NCBI GenBank assembly: GCA_015711795.1
Contig: JACVJC010000007.1
Span: 5,809-69,808 of the forward strand
DNA length: 64,000 nt
Source of the DNA: Candidatus Geothermocultor quzhuomuensis
Lineage (GTDB): Bacteria > Actinomycetota > Aquicultoria > Geothermocultorales > Geothermocultoraceae
Reading direction: 5' to 3'
In this document: piece after piece, positions 1-8,897 of the stretch
Position numbering within the stretch: position 1 is the first letter of the stretch
Layout: every line of letters starts with the position of its first letter
Position numbers and translations under genes: made by a program
The notes under the pieces: model-generated
The model's database searches: none
What the model was told of the DNA's origin: nothing
What the model saw: only the letters and a program-made list of their open reading frames with translations

Positions 1-1038
1 CCTGAAATTACTCGACAAGGCAGAAACAATATCCTAGTGCAGTTACCGGGGATAAAACGTCCAGAAAAAGCTTTGGAGATAATTGGAAAACCAGCTTTTC
101 TGGAATTTAAAGAAGTTAAGGGAACTGACAAGAAAGGGAAAATCATTTTGGGGAAGACTGAGATGACCGGAAGATATTTAAAGGATGCCCAGGTTGATTT
201 TGATGAATTGGGTAAACCTAAGGTAAATCTTCAGTTTACCTCAGAAGGTGGAAGAAAGTTTGAGGAGGTCACTGGTCGCTTAGTCGGGAAACAACTGGCT
301 ATTGTTTTAGATGGTAAAGTTATGTCTGCTCCTCAAGTGCGAGAGAAAATTAGTGGAGGAAGGGCTGAGATAACAGGCGATTTTACTATTGATAAGGCTA
401 AGGAACTAGCACTGGTGCTTCAAACTGGTGCTTTACCTGTGAAGCTGGAAATTGAAGAGAACCGTACAGTCGGTCCAACCTTAGGTGCTGATTCACTAAG
501 AGCAGGTATAAAAGCTGGAATTATTGGTTTGATTTTAGTTGCTCTTTATATGCTTCTTTATTATCGAGGATTGGGGGGAATTACCTGTGTTGCCCTCCTT
601 GTTTTCGCCACACTTTTCTGGGGTGTCATTGTTATTATTAATAAGTTTACCTCTTGGGGCTGGCCCCTCACTCTTCCTGGAATTGCTGGAATCATCTTAA
701 CCATTGGTGTAGCTGCTGATTCCAGTATTGTTATCTTTGAGAGGGTTAAAGAAGAAGTTAAAGTAGGTAAAACACTAAGGTCAGCGGCAGATTCTGGCTT
801 TACCCATGCCTTTAAAACTATTCTTGATGCTGATTTTGTTACTTTAATTGCTGCAGTAATCCTTGTTTTTGTGGGGATAGGTCCTGTTAGGGGTTTTGCT
901 ATCTCTTTAATTTGTGGAATTTGCCTTGACTTGTTTACTGCTCTCTTTTTTACCCGACCTTTACTTGCCCTTTTAGTTCGGTTTAAACCTTTTACTCGTC
1001 CTACTCTGGTTGGAATAAAGGAGGTTGTGCCTGAATGA
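1..1038 (+). CDS. secD: Protein translocase subunit SecD, 5'-truncated at window edge. The frame is open from nt 1, and the conserved ILVQLPG motif spans the track start.
   Basis: Translation PEITRQGRNNILVQLPGIKR... followed by multiple transmembrane segments typical of the SecD C-terminal half. The overlapping downstream gene is secF, as in the canonical secDF pair. Confidence 0.88.
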   Translation, partial: PEITRQGRNNILVQLPGIKRPEKALEIIGKPAFLEFKEVKGTDKKGKIILGKTEMTGRYLKDAQVDFDELGKPKVNLQFTSEGGRKFEEVTGRLVGKQLAIVLDGKVMSAPQVREKISGGRAEITGDFTIDKAKELALVLQTGALPVKLEIEENRTVGPTLGADSLRAGIKAGIIGLILVALYMLLYYRGLGGITCVALLVFATLFWGVIVIINKFTSWGWPLTLPGIAGIILTIGVAADSSIVIFERVKEEVKVGKTLRSAADSGFTHAFKTILDADFVTLIAAVILVFVGIGPVRGFAISLICGICLDLFTALFFTRPLLALLVRFKPFTRPTLVGIKEVVPE

Positions 1039-1934
1039 ATTTTGATTTTATTGGGAGAAAAAAGATTTGGTTTTCGATTTCAGGAGTAATAATTGCTGCC
1101 GGGGTTATTGCCTTCTTTTTCAAAGGAATGAATTTTGGGATTGAATTTAAGGGAGGAACTATCTTTGATTTTAAGCTAAAAAGGGAAATTTCTGTGGGTG
1201 AAGCAAGGAGAGTTATGAGGCAATTTAACCTTGAGAAAAGTATTATTCAGTTAGTTGGCAAGAGAGAAATCCTTATTCGAACTCCTTCACTTTCAAGAGA
1301 AAAGCAAGTTCTCATTAGAAAAGTATTTAACCAAGAAGTGGGGATAGAAGAGATAAAATATATTCAAAATGTTGGTCCTGGTTGGGGCGCTCAGATAACT
1401 CGTGCTGCCTCATTAGCTTTGATAATTTCTCTTGTTTCTATTCTCGTTTACATTAGCTTTCGCTTTGAGTTTAAAATGGCTGTTACAGCCATTGTTGCTT
1501 TATTTCACGATCTTTTAATTACAATTGGAATTTATGCTTTAGTTGGAAGAGAAGTAACACCATCAACAGTAGCTGCTATCTTAACCATTTTAGGTTATTC
1601 TCTTTATGACACTATTGTTGTTTTCCATCGGATTAGGGAAAACGCTAAGCAGTTGGGTAAAAGAACTTATTCCATGATGGTTAATGACTCAATTAATCAA
1701 GTTTTAATGCGTTCTATTAATACTTCATTAACAACTCTTCTTCCTGTCGTTTCCCTTCTTTTAATTGGTGGGGAAACCCTAAAAGATTTTGCCTTTGCTC
1801 TCTTTGTTGGGCTGATTTCGGGTGCTTATTCTTCAATTTTTACAGCAAGCCCCCTTCTTGCTCTTTGGAAAGAAACAGAGCCATACTACAAGAGCTTAAA
1901 GAAGAAATATGGTAAAATTAATGCTAAGAACTGA
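1035..1934 (+). CDS. secF: Protein translocase subunit SecF
   Basis: 299 aa membrane protein with the SecD/SecF fold. It follows secD with a 4-nt overlap (ATGA). Confidence 0.88.
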   Translation: MNFDFIGRKKIWFSISGVIIAAGVIAFFFKGMNFGIEFKGGTIFDFKLKREISVGEARRVMRQFNLEKSIIQLVGKREILIRTPSLSREKQVLIRKVFNQEVGIEEIKYIQNVGPGWGAQITRAASLALIISLVSILVYISFRFEFKMAVTAIVALFHDLLITIGIYALVGREVTPSTVAAILTILGYSLYDTIVVFHRIRENAKQLGKRTYSMMVNDSINQVLMRSINTSLTTLLPVVSLLLIGGETLKDFAFALFVGLISGAYSSIFTASPLLALWKETEPYYKSLKKKYGKINAKN

Positions 1935-1954
1935 AGAGACAAGAATAATTCAGA

Positions 1955-2296
1955 TTGACTTTAGTGGGGGTGAATAAATTGAAAGATTTGTTAGAAAAAG
2001 GGTTACTTTTTACCCTTGGAGCTTGGCTTTATCTTCACGAAAAGGCTGATGAAGTTATCAAAGATTTAATTGAGAAAGGTAAAGTTGCTCCAGAAGAAGG
2101 ACGCAAGTTTTTAGATGAATTTTCGGTTAGAGTCGAGAAAGAAAAGGAAGAAATCAAAGAAACCATAGCTGACCTTTTACAAGCTTCCTTTAAAGACTTC
2201 GGGTTCCTAACTAAGAAAGATATTGTGGAGTTAGTTAATCGATTAGAAAAGCTAGAAAATAAAGTTGCCCACCTAGAGAAAAAATCTCCAAAGTAA
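1955..2296 (+). CDS. Phasin-family / COG3937-like coiled-coil protein (small, K/E-rich)
   Basis: Similar by eye to PHA-granule regulator phasin-family proteins (LLEKGLL..GA...K.DE.I..LIEKGKV..EEG.K...E). The real start is probably GTG/TTG a few codons downstream (around 1970-1979), after a GGGGGTG Shine-Dalgarno-like sequence. Confidence 0.45.
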   Translation: MTLVGVNKLKDLLEKGLLFTLGAWLYLHEKADEVIKDLIEKGKVAPEEGRKFLDEFSVRVEKEKEEIKETIADLLQASFKDFGFLTKKDIVELVNRLEKLENKVAHLEKKSPK

Positions 2297-2635
2297 AAAA
2301 GGAAAACTTAAGATCCAAAAAACTAAATACCAATCGGGAGCAGTATTTAAAGGCTAGGGTTCAGGATTCAGCGAACATCAGTGCTCAAATATTAGTGTTC
2401 AGAGTTCAGTCAAAATTCATTAGATCCTAGATCCTAACAACTAAATCCTAAAAATATTTAGATTTTAAACATTTGAATTTAGAATTCTCGCCTACCAAAG
2501 CTGAGTGCGATAAGAACTCTCTAACAAATGTTTAACAAGTAAACAGAAAAGAAAGGTGGAAAGATAAAGTTTTCTTAGAAAAGCTTGGTTTGAGTAGGCA
2601 GGTGTTTGGGATTTAAATTTTAAGATTTAGTATTT

Positions 2636-4288
2636 ATGTTAGAAAAGGGGATATTTTTGAGAGGAAGAAGAAGGAAAAGCATTAGAAGGCTTGTAAAAAT
2701 TGGTCAAATTGCGTTAAAGCATGGATTTGGCTATTTTCTAGAAAAATTTGGCCTTTTGCAGCTGTTGCCAGGGGGGGAAAAACAAACTTTTACCCCGCCT
2801 CCCTTAGAAACAATTGGTCGTCGCTTAAGACTTCTTCTAGAGGATTTAGGTCCAACCTTCGTTAAGGTAGGGCAGCTTTTAAGTGTTCGCCCTGATTTAG
2901 TCCCTCCGGATGTTTTATTTGAACTTGAGAAACTACAAGATAAAGTTCCTCCTTTTCCTTTTGAACTGGCTAAAAAAATTATTGAAGAAGAGCTAGAGAG
3001 AAAGATTGATGAAGTCTTTTCGCATTTTAATCCTGAGGTAATTGCTTCTGCCTCCATTGGCCAGGTTTATGAAGCCTTTCTTAAGAATGGAGAAAAGGTA
3101 GCGGTAAAGATTCAAAGACCTGGCTCGAAAGAAATGATTGAAAGTGATTTGGACTTATTTTTCTTTCTTTCGGAACTTCTTAAGGAGAGAGTCCCCTTTA
3201 TCGACTTGGTTGGAGTGGCTCAAGAGTTTTCCGATTCCCTTCACCGAGAACTTGATTATCGGATTGAAGGCCGTCATATCGACCGTTTCCGAGAAAACTT
3301 TCGCCTCGAGCCTTTAATAAAAATTCCCATCGTTTACTGGAATTATACTACTAAAAGAGTTCTTACCCTTGAATATGTTGAGGGAACAAAGGTTAGTGAT
3401 TTAGCAACGCCGGAAAGGGCAGGAATTGATACTTATTCTTTAGCTATTAAGGGTGCTCAAGCTTTTATGAAGCAGGTTTTAGAAGATGGCTTTTTCCATG
3501 GTGACCTCCATCCAGCTAATGTATTGATTACTCCCGATGGGAAAATTGGTTACCTTGATTTTGGAATAGTGGGTGAATTGAAAGAAGAAGATAAAGAGAT
3601 AATTACCAATTTACTTTCGGGAATTGTTCGCCAAGATGCAGAAAAGATTGTTGAGGAAGCAGAGAAGTTAGGGGTAGAGATACCAAGGAATAAGATTCCT
3701 CAAATGAAAACAGAGCTAAAAGAAATATTAGACCGATATTACGGAAGAACCCTTGGCGAACTTCAAATTGATATTATTGGAAAAGAATTCCTGTCTCTCA
3801 TTTACCGTCATAAGTTAAGGATTCCTAAAGAATATGCTCTTTTGGCAAAAGCCTTAATTACCATTGAAGGGGTGGCTAAGAAGCTTTATCCTCAAATAAA
3901 TATAATTGAAGTGGCTAAGCCTTACGTTTACGAGGTTTTGAGGAAGAGATATTCAAGAGAAAAGATGGTTAAGGACTTATATGAGGAGTTAAAGAAATAT
4001 TCCTTTTACGCCATCGATTTGCCAAAACAAGTTTACTCAATTTTGGGACAGCTTCGGCGGGGTGAAATGCAAATAAAATATAGGTATGTCGGTCTTGAGG
4101 AGCTTTCTTCTAGTATAAAAGAAGCTTCAAAATCAATATCAGTTGGTCTAGTTTTAGCCTCTTTAATCTTTTCCCTTCCCCTCATTGTTCTTCTCTTTAA
4201 TTTTTATCCACTTTGGGGAATATTGGTTTTAATTTTTATCTTACTAATTTTATCCATTTTCTTATTTATTTCCCGCCAAAAAAGCTAA
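2636..4288 (+). CDS. ABC1/UbiB-family atypical protein kinase with C-terminal transmembrane helices
   Basis: Motifs SIGQVY, VAVKIQRPG, HGDLHPANVLI and DFG match the ABC1/AarF/UbiB kinase family. Two hydrophobic helices lie at the C-terminus. Confidence 0.8.
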   Translation: MLEKGIFLRGRRRKSIRRLVKIGQIALKHGFGYFLEKFGLLQLLPGGEKQTFTPPPLETIGRRLRLLLEDLGPTFVKVGQLLSVRPDLVPPDVLFELEKLQDKVPPFPFELAKKIIEEELERKIDEVFSHFNPEVIASASIGQVYEAFLKNGEKVAVKIQRPGSKEMIESDLDLFFFLSELLKERVPFIDLVGVAQEFSDSLHRELDYRIEGRHIDRFRENFRLEPLIKIPIVYWNYTTKRVLTLEYVEGTKVSDLATPERAGIDTYSLAIKGAQAFMKQVLEDGFFHGDLHPANVLITPDGKIGYLDFGIVGELKEEDKEIITNLLSGIVRQDAEKIVEEAEKLGVEIPRNKIPQMKTELKEILDRYYGRTLGELQIDIIGKEFLSLIYRHKLRIPKEYALLAKALITIEGVAKKLYPQINIIEVAKPYVYEVLRKRYSREKMVKDLYEELKKYSFYAIDLPKQVYSILGQLRRGEMQIKYRYVGLEELSSSIKEASKSISVGLVLASLIFSLPLIVLLFNFYPLWGILVLIFILLILSIFLFISRQKS

Positions 4289-4801
4289 ACTAGAGCTGAG
4301 GACTGAAGCAAAATGCCTTAATTTCCTTTTTGCTAACTCACTGGAGTTTATTAGGTGCTTTCTAACAATTCCGAGAAAGTGAGAAAAACAACTTATTGGA
4401 ATTTTTTCTTACTAGTCTTTTTGCCTCGAGACTTCTTTTTCTCAAGTTTTACCCCTCTCAAAACTTCTTCCTAAGAAATTGATGGCTCCTCCTTTATTCT
4501 ATCTACGAAAGCTTTAAACCTTTTTCTTTTTAAGTGACCTCAAAACAAGTGGTGTTTTTGCTTAAGCTCTTTTAATCCTATCAATGCCATAGAGGAGTCC
4601 TTAGTGTTACTTATATAACTACTTTAAGAAAAGTTAAGCTTTATGTCAGCCTGTAATATATGCAATGTTGGATTAGAGGACGGACCTTTTTACCTTTTAT
4701 TTTATTGCCAGCAATTACCTAATTTTGGTAATAACTTTTCTGATGTAAGTCTTTAAGATATTACTTTCAATTTTCTTCTTTTTTATCAGTTCAAAAAGAT
4801 A

Positions 4802-4830
4802 TTGACAACTCAAAGCTTGAGTTGTACAAT
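4802..4830 (+). promoter_or_regulatory. Near-consensus sigma70 promoter: -35 TTGACA (4802-4807), 17-nt spacer, -10 TACAAT (4825-4830). A perfect 9-bp-arm inverted repeat, ACAACTCAA-agc-TTGAGTTGT (4805-4825), fills the spacer.
   Basis: Read directly from the sequence. The ATG of the PIN gene at 4837 lies 6 nt after the -10, so the transcript is expected to be leaderless with no Shine-Dalgarno sequence. The palindrome is a likely autoregulatory operator. Confidence 0.5.
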
Positions 4831-4836
4831 TAGGCC

Positions 4837-5226
4837 ATGGAAATTGTAGCAGATGTAAGCGCATTTCTGGCTGTTGTTCTCAATGAGAGTGACCGCGATT
4901 GGCTTATTTATAAAACCGCCGGACGAAGCATTGTTTCACCGGAAGTTTTACCTTATGAAGTTGGCAATGCCTTAATCGCTATAAGAAGAAAAGGACACCT
5001 TAATGATCGAGAAATCCTTCGGGCGTTTGACCTGTCGCAGCGAATAGCAGTTAGGTTGGTGTCAGTCAAGATACATGAGGCGATGAAAATCGCTTTGCGG
5101 TTCAACATCAATGCTTATGATGCGTACTATCTCCAGTGCTGCATAGAAAACAAATTGCCTCTCATTAGCCTTGATGATCGCATATGTGGAGTTGCAGGAG
5201 ATCTTGGAATAGAGGTGGTGGAGTAA
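4837..5226 (+). CDS. PIN-domain ribonuclease toxin (VapC-like)
   Basis: Conserved acidic positions of the PIN fold: D6 (MEIVADVS), E in LNESD, D in AYDAYYL and D in SLDDRI. The segment SPEVLPYEVGNAL matches the VapC helix. GC content is visibly higher than in the flanking genes. Confidence 0.72.
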   Translation: MEIVADVSAFLAVVLNESDRDWLIYKTAGRSIVSPEVLPYEVGNALIAIRRKGHLNDREILRAFDLSQRIAVRLVSVKIHEAMKIALRFNINAYDAYYLQCCIENKLPLISLDDRICGVAGDLGIEVVE

Positions 5227-5229
5227 CTT

Positions 5230-5451
5230 ATGAAGATTTATACCTATTCACAAGCTCGCGCGAAACTGGCAGACATACTTGAAGAGTCTAAGAAAGAAGA
5301 AGTCATCATTCGGCGTCGAAGAGGGGATATGTTTTCTATTGTGCCAAAAACACCCTCTCGTCGTTCTCCCTTTGATGTGCCGGGCTTGCGTAAAAAGATT
5401 ACCCGAAAAGAAATATTAGAGGCGATACGCGAATCAAGGGAAAAGGCATAA
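5230..5451 (+). CDS. Phd/YefM-family antitoxin-like protein, located downstream of the toxin (inverted order)
   Basis: The N-terminus MKIYTYSQARAKLADILEE...EVIIRRRRG matches the Phd/YefM antitoxin fold signature. GGAG lies 8 nt upstream of the ATG, and the start is 3 nt after the PIN stop, which suggests translational coupling. Confidence 0.55.
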   Translation: MKIYTYSQARAKLADILEESKKEEVIIRRRRGDMFSIVPKTPSRRSPFDVPGLRKKITRKEILEAIRESREKA

Positions 5452-5606
5452 TATCACTGCTGAGGACAGCTAATCGCCACCGCTGAGCACGGGCGTTGTT
5501 TCCACCATTTATGATAGGACAGTTGGAATATTTACTTTCGCTTCTATTAGATGTAGGTTGAATTTGTTAAAATTAATAAGGCAATGGTTTTTACCCCTTT
5601 TGAAGG

Positions 5607-7775
5607 GTGTTGGTTTATATGCTTACTAAAACTCCAGTTGAAGACCTGATTAAAAAAATAAAAACTTATAATCCTTTAGTCGATACTGACTTAATTAATC
5701 GAGCTTACGAGTTTGCCAATAAATTACACTCAAAGCAGTATCGAGATTCTGGCGAAATTTTTATTACTCATCCTTTAGAAGTTGCTAACATCTGTGCTGA
5801 TTTGGGCTTAGATACTGTGACTATTGCTGCTGCTTTACTTCATGATGTGATTGAAGATACTCCTGCTTCTCTCTCTCAAGTTAAGAAAGAGTTTGGGGAA
5901 GAAATTGCTACACTGGTTGATGGGGTGACTAAACTGGAGAAGTTGAAATTTAGGGTGGAGGAAGAACAAGCTGAGAATTTAAGGAAAATGCTGGTCGCAA
6001 TGGCAAAGGACATAAGAGTTATCTTGATAAAATTGGCTGACCGCCTTCACAATATGCGAACAGCTGATCATATTCATCCAGAGAAACAAAAGGAAAAAGC
6101 TGAAGAAACTCTTGAAATATATGCTCCTTTAGCTCACCGTTTGGGCATTTCTCAGCTTAAATCGGAACTGGAAGACCTTTCTTTTGCTATTTTGGAGCCG
6201 AAAAGATATGCTCAAGTGAGAAAGCTGGTAGCTGAAACAAAAGAAGCAAGGGAAGCTTATCTTAAAGAAGTTATTAATGCTTTAAGCAAGGAATTAGAAA
6301 AGGTGGGCATTAAGGGTGAAATTGTAGGACGGGCTAAGCATTTTTACAGCATTTATCAGAAAATGAAGCAACGAGGTAAAGATTTTAATGAAATTCATGA
6401 CCTCTCAGCAGTTCGAATAATTGTTGATACAGTTAAGGATTGTTATGCATCACTTGGGGTTGTTCACACCCTTTGGAAACCAATTCCTGGGAGATTTAAG
6501 GATTACATTGCAATGCCTAAGTTTAATATGTATCAAACCCTTCACACTTCAGTTATTGGACCGCAAGGGAAGCAATTAGAGGTTCAAATCAGGACAAAGG
6601 AAATGCACCGCATAGCTGAGTTTGGTATTGCTGCCCATTGGCGCTACAAAGAAGGAATGAAAGAGCCCAACAAGTTTGAAGAAAGGTTAGCTTGGCTAGC
6701 TCAAATGCTTGAATGGGAAAGCGAACTTAAAGACCCAAGAGAATTTATGAAAGCTTTAAAAATTGACCTTTTTGAAGATGAGGTTTTTGTTTTTACCCCC
6801 AAAGGGGATGTCATAAGCTTACCTGTAGGTTCTTCCCCAGTCGATTTTGCTTATGCTATTCATACAGAAGTTGGCCATAGCTGTGTTGGGGCGAAAGTTA
6901 ATAATGCTATTGTCCCTCTTGATTATAAACTCCAGATGGGGGATATTGTTGAGATAATGACTTCTAAGTCAGCGAGTGGTCCAAGCCGAGACTGGCTTTA
7001 CTTCACTCGAACATCTCGAGCTCGAAACAAAATAAGGCAGTGGTTTAGCAAGGAAGTTAGAGAAGACAGTATTAATCTAGGGAAAGAAGCCTTACAAAAG
7101 ATTCTGCGCAAGCATGGTTTAAGCTTAAAAGTTTCTTTAGATTCATCCTTGCTTAACTCAATAGCCAAGGAGTTTAACTTTGCTCATTCAGATGACCTTT
7201 ACGCAAGTATTGGGGCAGGAAATATTTCCCCGAAGCAGGTAGTCACAAAAATAATCCAGTCACTCTCAGATCGAGAAAGGTTAGCTAAACCCACTGTTGC
7301 TAAGCACCGTCCTAAGAAAGTAGTTAGTGCGGGGGTTAGGGTGAAGGGAGTTGAAGATATTTTAATCAGGCTGGCTAGATGTTGTAACCCTGTTCCTTAT
7401 GATGAGATAATTGGTTTTGTCACTCAGGGAAGAGGAGTTTCTGTCCATCGGAAAGATTGTCACAATGTTCAAGACTTTTTATTATTTCCTGACCGGCTAG
7501 TTGAAGTAGTTTGGGATATTAAAAAGCCTGGTACATTTACGATTGAAATTCGGGTTGAAGCAATTGATAGAACAAAACTTTTACGAGATGTTAGCACTGT
7601 TATTAGTGATGCAGGGGTAAATATTCTTTCAGCTAATGTTACAACAACTAAGGATGGTTTAGCTTTTCTCCGTTTTGTCTTTGAGATTGGAAACCTCTCT
7701 CTTTTAGATAAAATTCTTGAAGAAGTGAAGAAAGTTGATTCTGTTTTTGATGCTTATCGGGTTTTACCTTCTTAA
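5607..7775 (+). CDS. rel: Bifunctional (p)ppGpp synthetase/hydrolase Rel (RelA/SpoT family)
   Basis: HD hydrolase motif HDVIEDT, a synthetase domain, and TGS and ACT C-terminal domains. The true start may be ATG at 5619 (MLTKTPVEDL). Confidence 0.9.
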   Translation: MLVYMLTKTPVEDLIKKIKTYNPLVDTDLINRAYEFANKLHSKQYRDSGEIFITHPLEVANICADLGLDTVTIAAALLHDVIEDTPASLSQVKKEFGEEIATLVDGVTKLEKLKFRVEEEQAENLRKMLVAMAKDIRVILIKLADRLHNMRTADHIHPEKQKEKAEETLEIYAPLAHRLGISQLKSELEDLSFAILEPKRYAQVRKLVAETKEAREAYLKEVINALSKELEKVGIKGEIVGRAKHFYSIYQKMKQRGKDFNEIHDLSAVRIIVDTVKDCYASLGVVHTLWKPIPGRFKDYIAMPKFNMYQTLHTSVIGPQGKQLEVQIRTKEMHRIAEFGIAAHWRYKEGMKEPNKFEERLAWLAQMLEWESELKDPREFMKALKIDLFEDEVFVFTPKGDVISLPVGSSPVDFAYAIHTEVGHSCVGAKVNNAIVPLDYKLQMGDIVEIMTSKSASGPSRDWLYFTRTSRARNKIRQWFSKEVREDSINLGKEALQKILRKHGLSLKVSLDSSLLNSIAKEFNFAHSDDLYASIGAGNISPKQVVTKIIQSLSDRERLAKPTVAKHRPKKVVSAGVRVKGVEDILIRLARCCNPVPYDEIIGFVTQGRGVSVHRKDCHNVQDFLLFPDRLVEVVWDIKKPGTFTIEIRVEAIDRTKLLRDVSTVISDAGVNILSANVTTTKDGLAFLRFVFEIGNLSLLDKILEEVKKVDSVFDAYRVLPS

Positions 7776-7844
7776 TTTATTTATTCCTCTTTCAGTAGAA
7801 TGAAAGTTCTATTTTGTGTTAAAATTCCTTGAAATTCCTTATTT

Positions 7845-8306
7845 TTGAGGTGTTGTTTGAGGGCTGTTGTTCAAAGAGTGAAAAGCGGAAGTGTTTTAGT
7901 TGACCAGGAAATTTTGGCTCAAATTAAGAGGGGATTAGTTGTTTTTCTTGGCGTGAGTAAAGATGATAATGAAGAAGATGCTAAATTAATCGCTGAGAAG
8001 CTGGCTAACTTGCGAATATTCGATGATAGTGAAGGAAAATTAAATCTTTCTCTTCGAGAGGTTGGAGGGGAAGTTCTTATTGTTTCTCAGTTTACGCTCT
8101 ATGGAGATTGTCGAAAAGGGCATCGTCCTAGTTTTGATCAAGCAGCTTATCCTAAAAAAGCTTTACCCCTTTATCAGAAAGTTATTAACCTTCTTTCAGC
8201 TCAAGGGTTAGGGGTTAAGGAAGGAACATTTGGGAAAAAGATGCTAGTTAAAATTGATAATGATGGGCCAGTAACCCTTTTGCTCGATAGTAAAAAAATA
8301 TTTTAG
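7845..8306 (+). CDS. dtd: D-aminoacyl-tRNA deacylase
   Basis: SQFTLYGD and GPVT motifs. The probable true start is TTG at 7857, giving MRAVVQRV, the usual Dtd N-terminus. Confidence 0.85.
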   Translation: MRCCLRAVVQRVKSGSVLVDQEILAQIKRGLVVFLGVSKDDNEEDAKLIAEKLANLRIFDDSEGKLNLSLREVGGEVLIVSQFTLYGDCRKGHRPSFDQAAYPKKALPLYQKVINLLSAQGLGVKEGTFGKKMLVKIDNDGPVTLLLDSKKIF

Positions 8307-8316
8307 GAGAATTTAA

Positions 8317-8895
8317 GTGATTATCGAAAAACTGGTTGTTGGACCTCTTTTTACTAATTGCTACATCTTAGCGGCTGGGAAAGGTTCAGAGGCAGTTATT
8401 ATTGACCCAGGTGCAGAAGCCAATCGAATTTTAAAGACTTTAAGGGAATTTGAATTCAAATTAAGATTTATTCTTTTAACTCATAGCCATTTTGACCATA
8501 TTGGAGCAGTTCAAGAAGTTGCACAAGCAACTCACGCTAAGATTTGTCTTTACCAAGATGGAGAGAGTATTCCTTTTATCCCTGACATTTTTTTAAAGGA
8601 AAGTAAAGATATTCTTATTGATGGCTTGACTTTAGAGATTATTTATACCCCTGGGCATTCTCAAGATAGTGTTTCCCTTTACTTTCCAGGTCATTTGTTC
8701 ACTGGTGATCTCCTTTTTGCTGGTTCAGTTGGAAGAACGGACTTGGCAGGTGGCTCGATGAAAGATTTAATCTCCTCGCTAAAAGAAAAAATTTTGAGTT
8801 TACCCGATGATACACTAATTTTTCCTGGTCATGGTCCTGAGACAAAGCTTGGTCTGGAAAAAAAGTCAAACTACTTCTTAAAGGAGGTTTTTTAA
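8317..8895 (+). CDS. MBL-fold metallo-hydrolase
   Basis: HSHFDH metal-binding motif and beta-lactamase-fold organisation, about 190 aa. Confidence 0.75.
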   Translation: MIIEKLVVGPLFTNCYILAAGKGSEAVIIDPGAEANRILKTLREFEFKLRFILLTHSHFDHIGAVQEVAQATHAKICLYQDGESIPFIPDIFLKESKDILIDGLTLEIIYTPGHSQDSVSLYFPGHLFTGDLLFAGSVGRTDLAGGSMKDLISSLKEKILSLPDDTLIFPGHGPETKLGLEKKSNYFLKEVF

Positions 8896-8897
8896 TT

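Noticed and set aside
2731-3057. 108-aa minus-strand ORF inside the ABC1 kinase gene. Similar minus ORFs occur at 8699-8941, 12211-12480, 17220-17405, 20920-21270, 33426-33740, 58793-59203 and 62010-62432.
   Set aside because: All are embedded antisense to well-supported + strand genes, with low-complexity translations. All real genes in the window are co-oriented.
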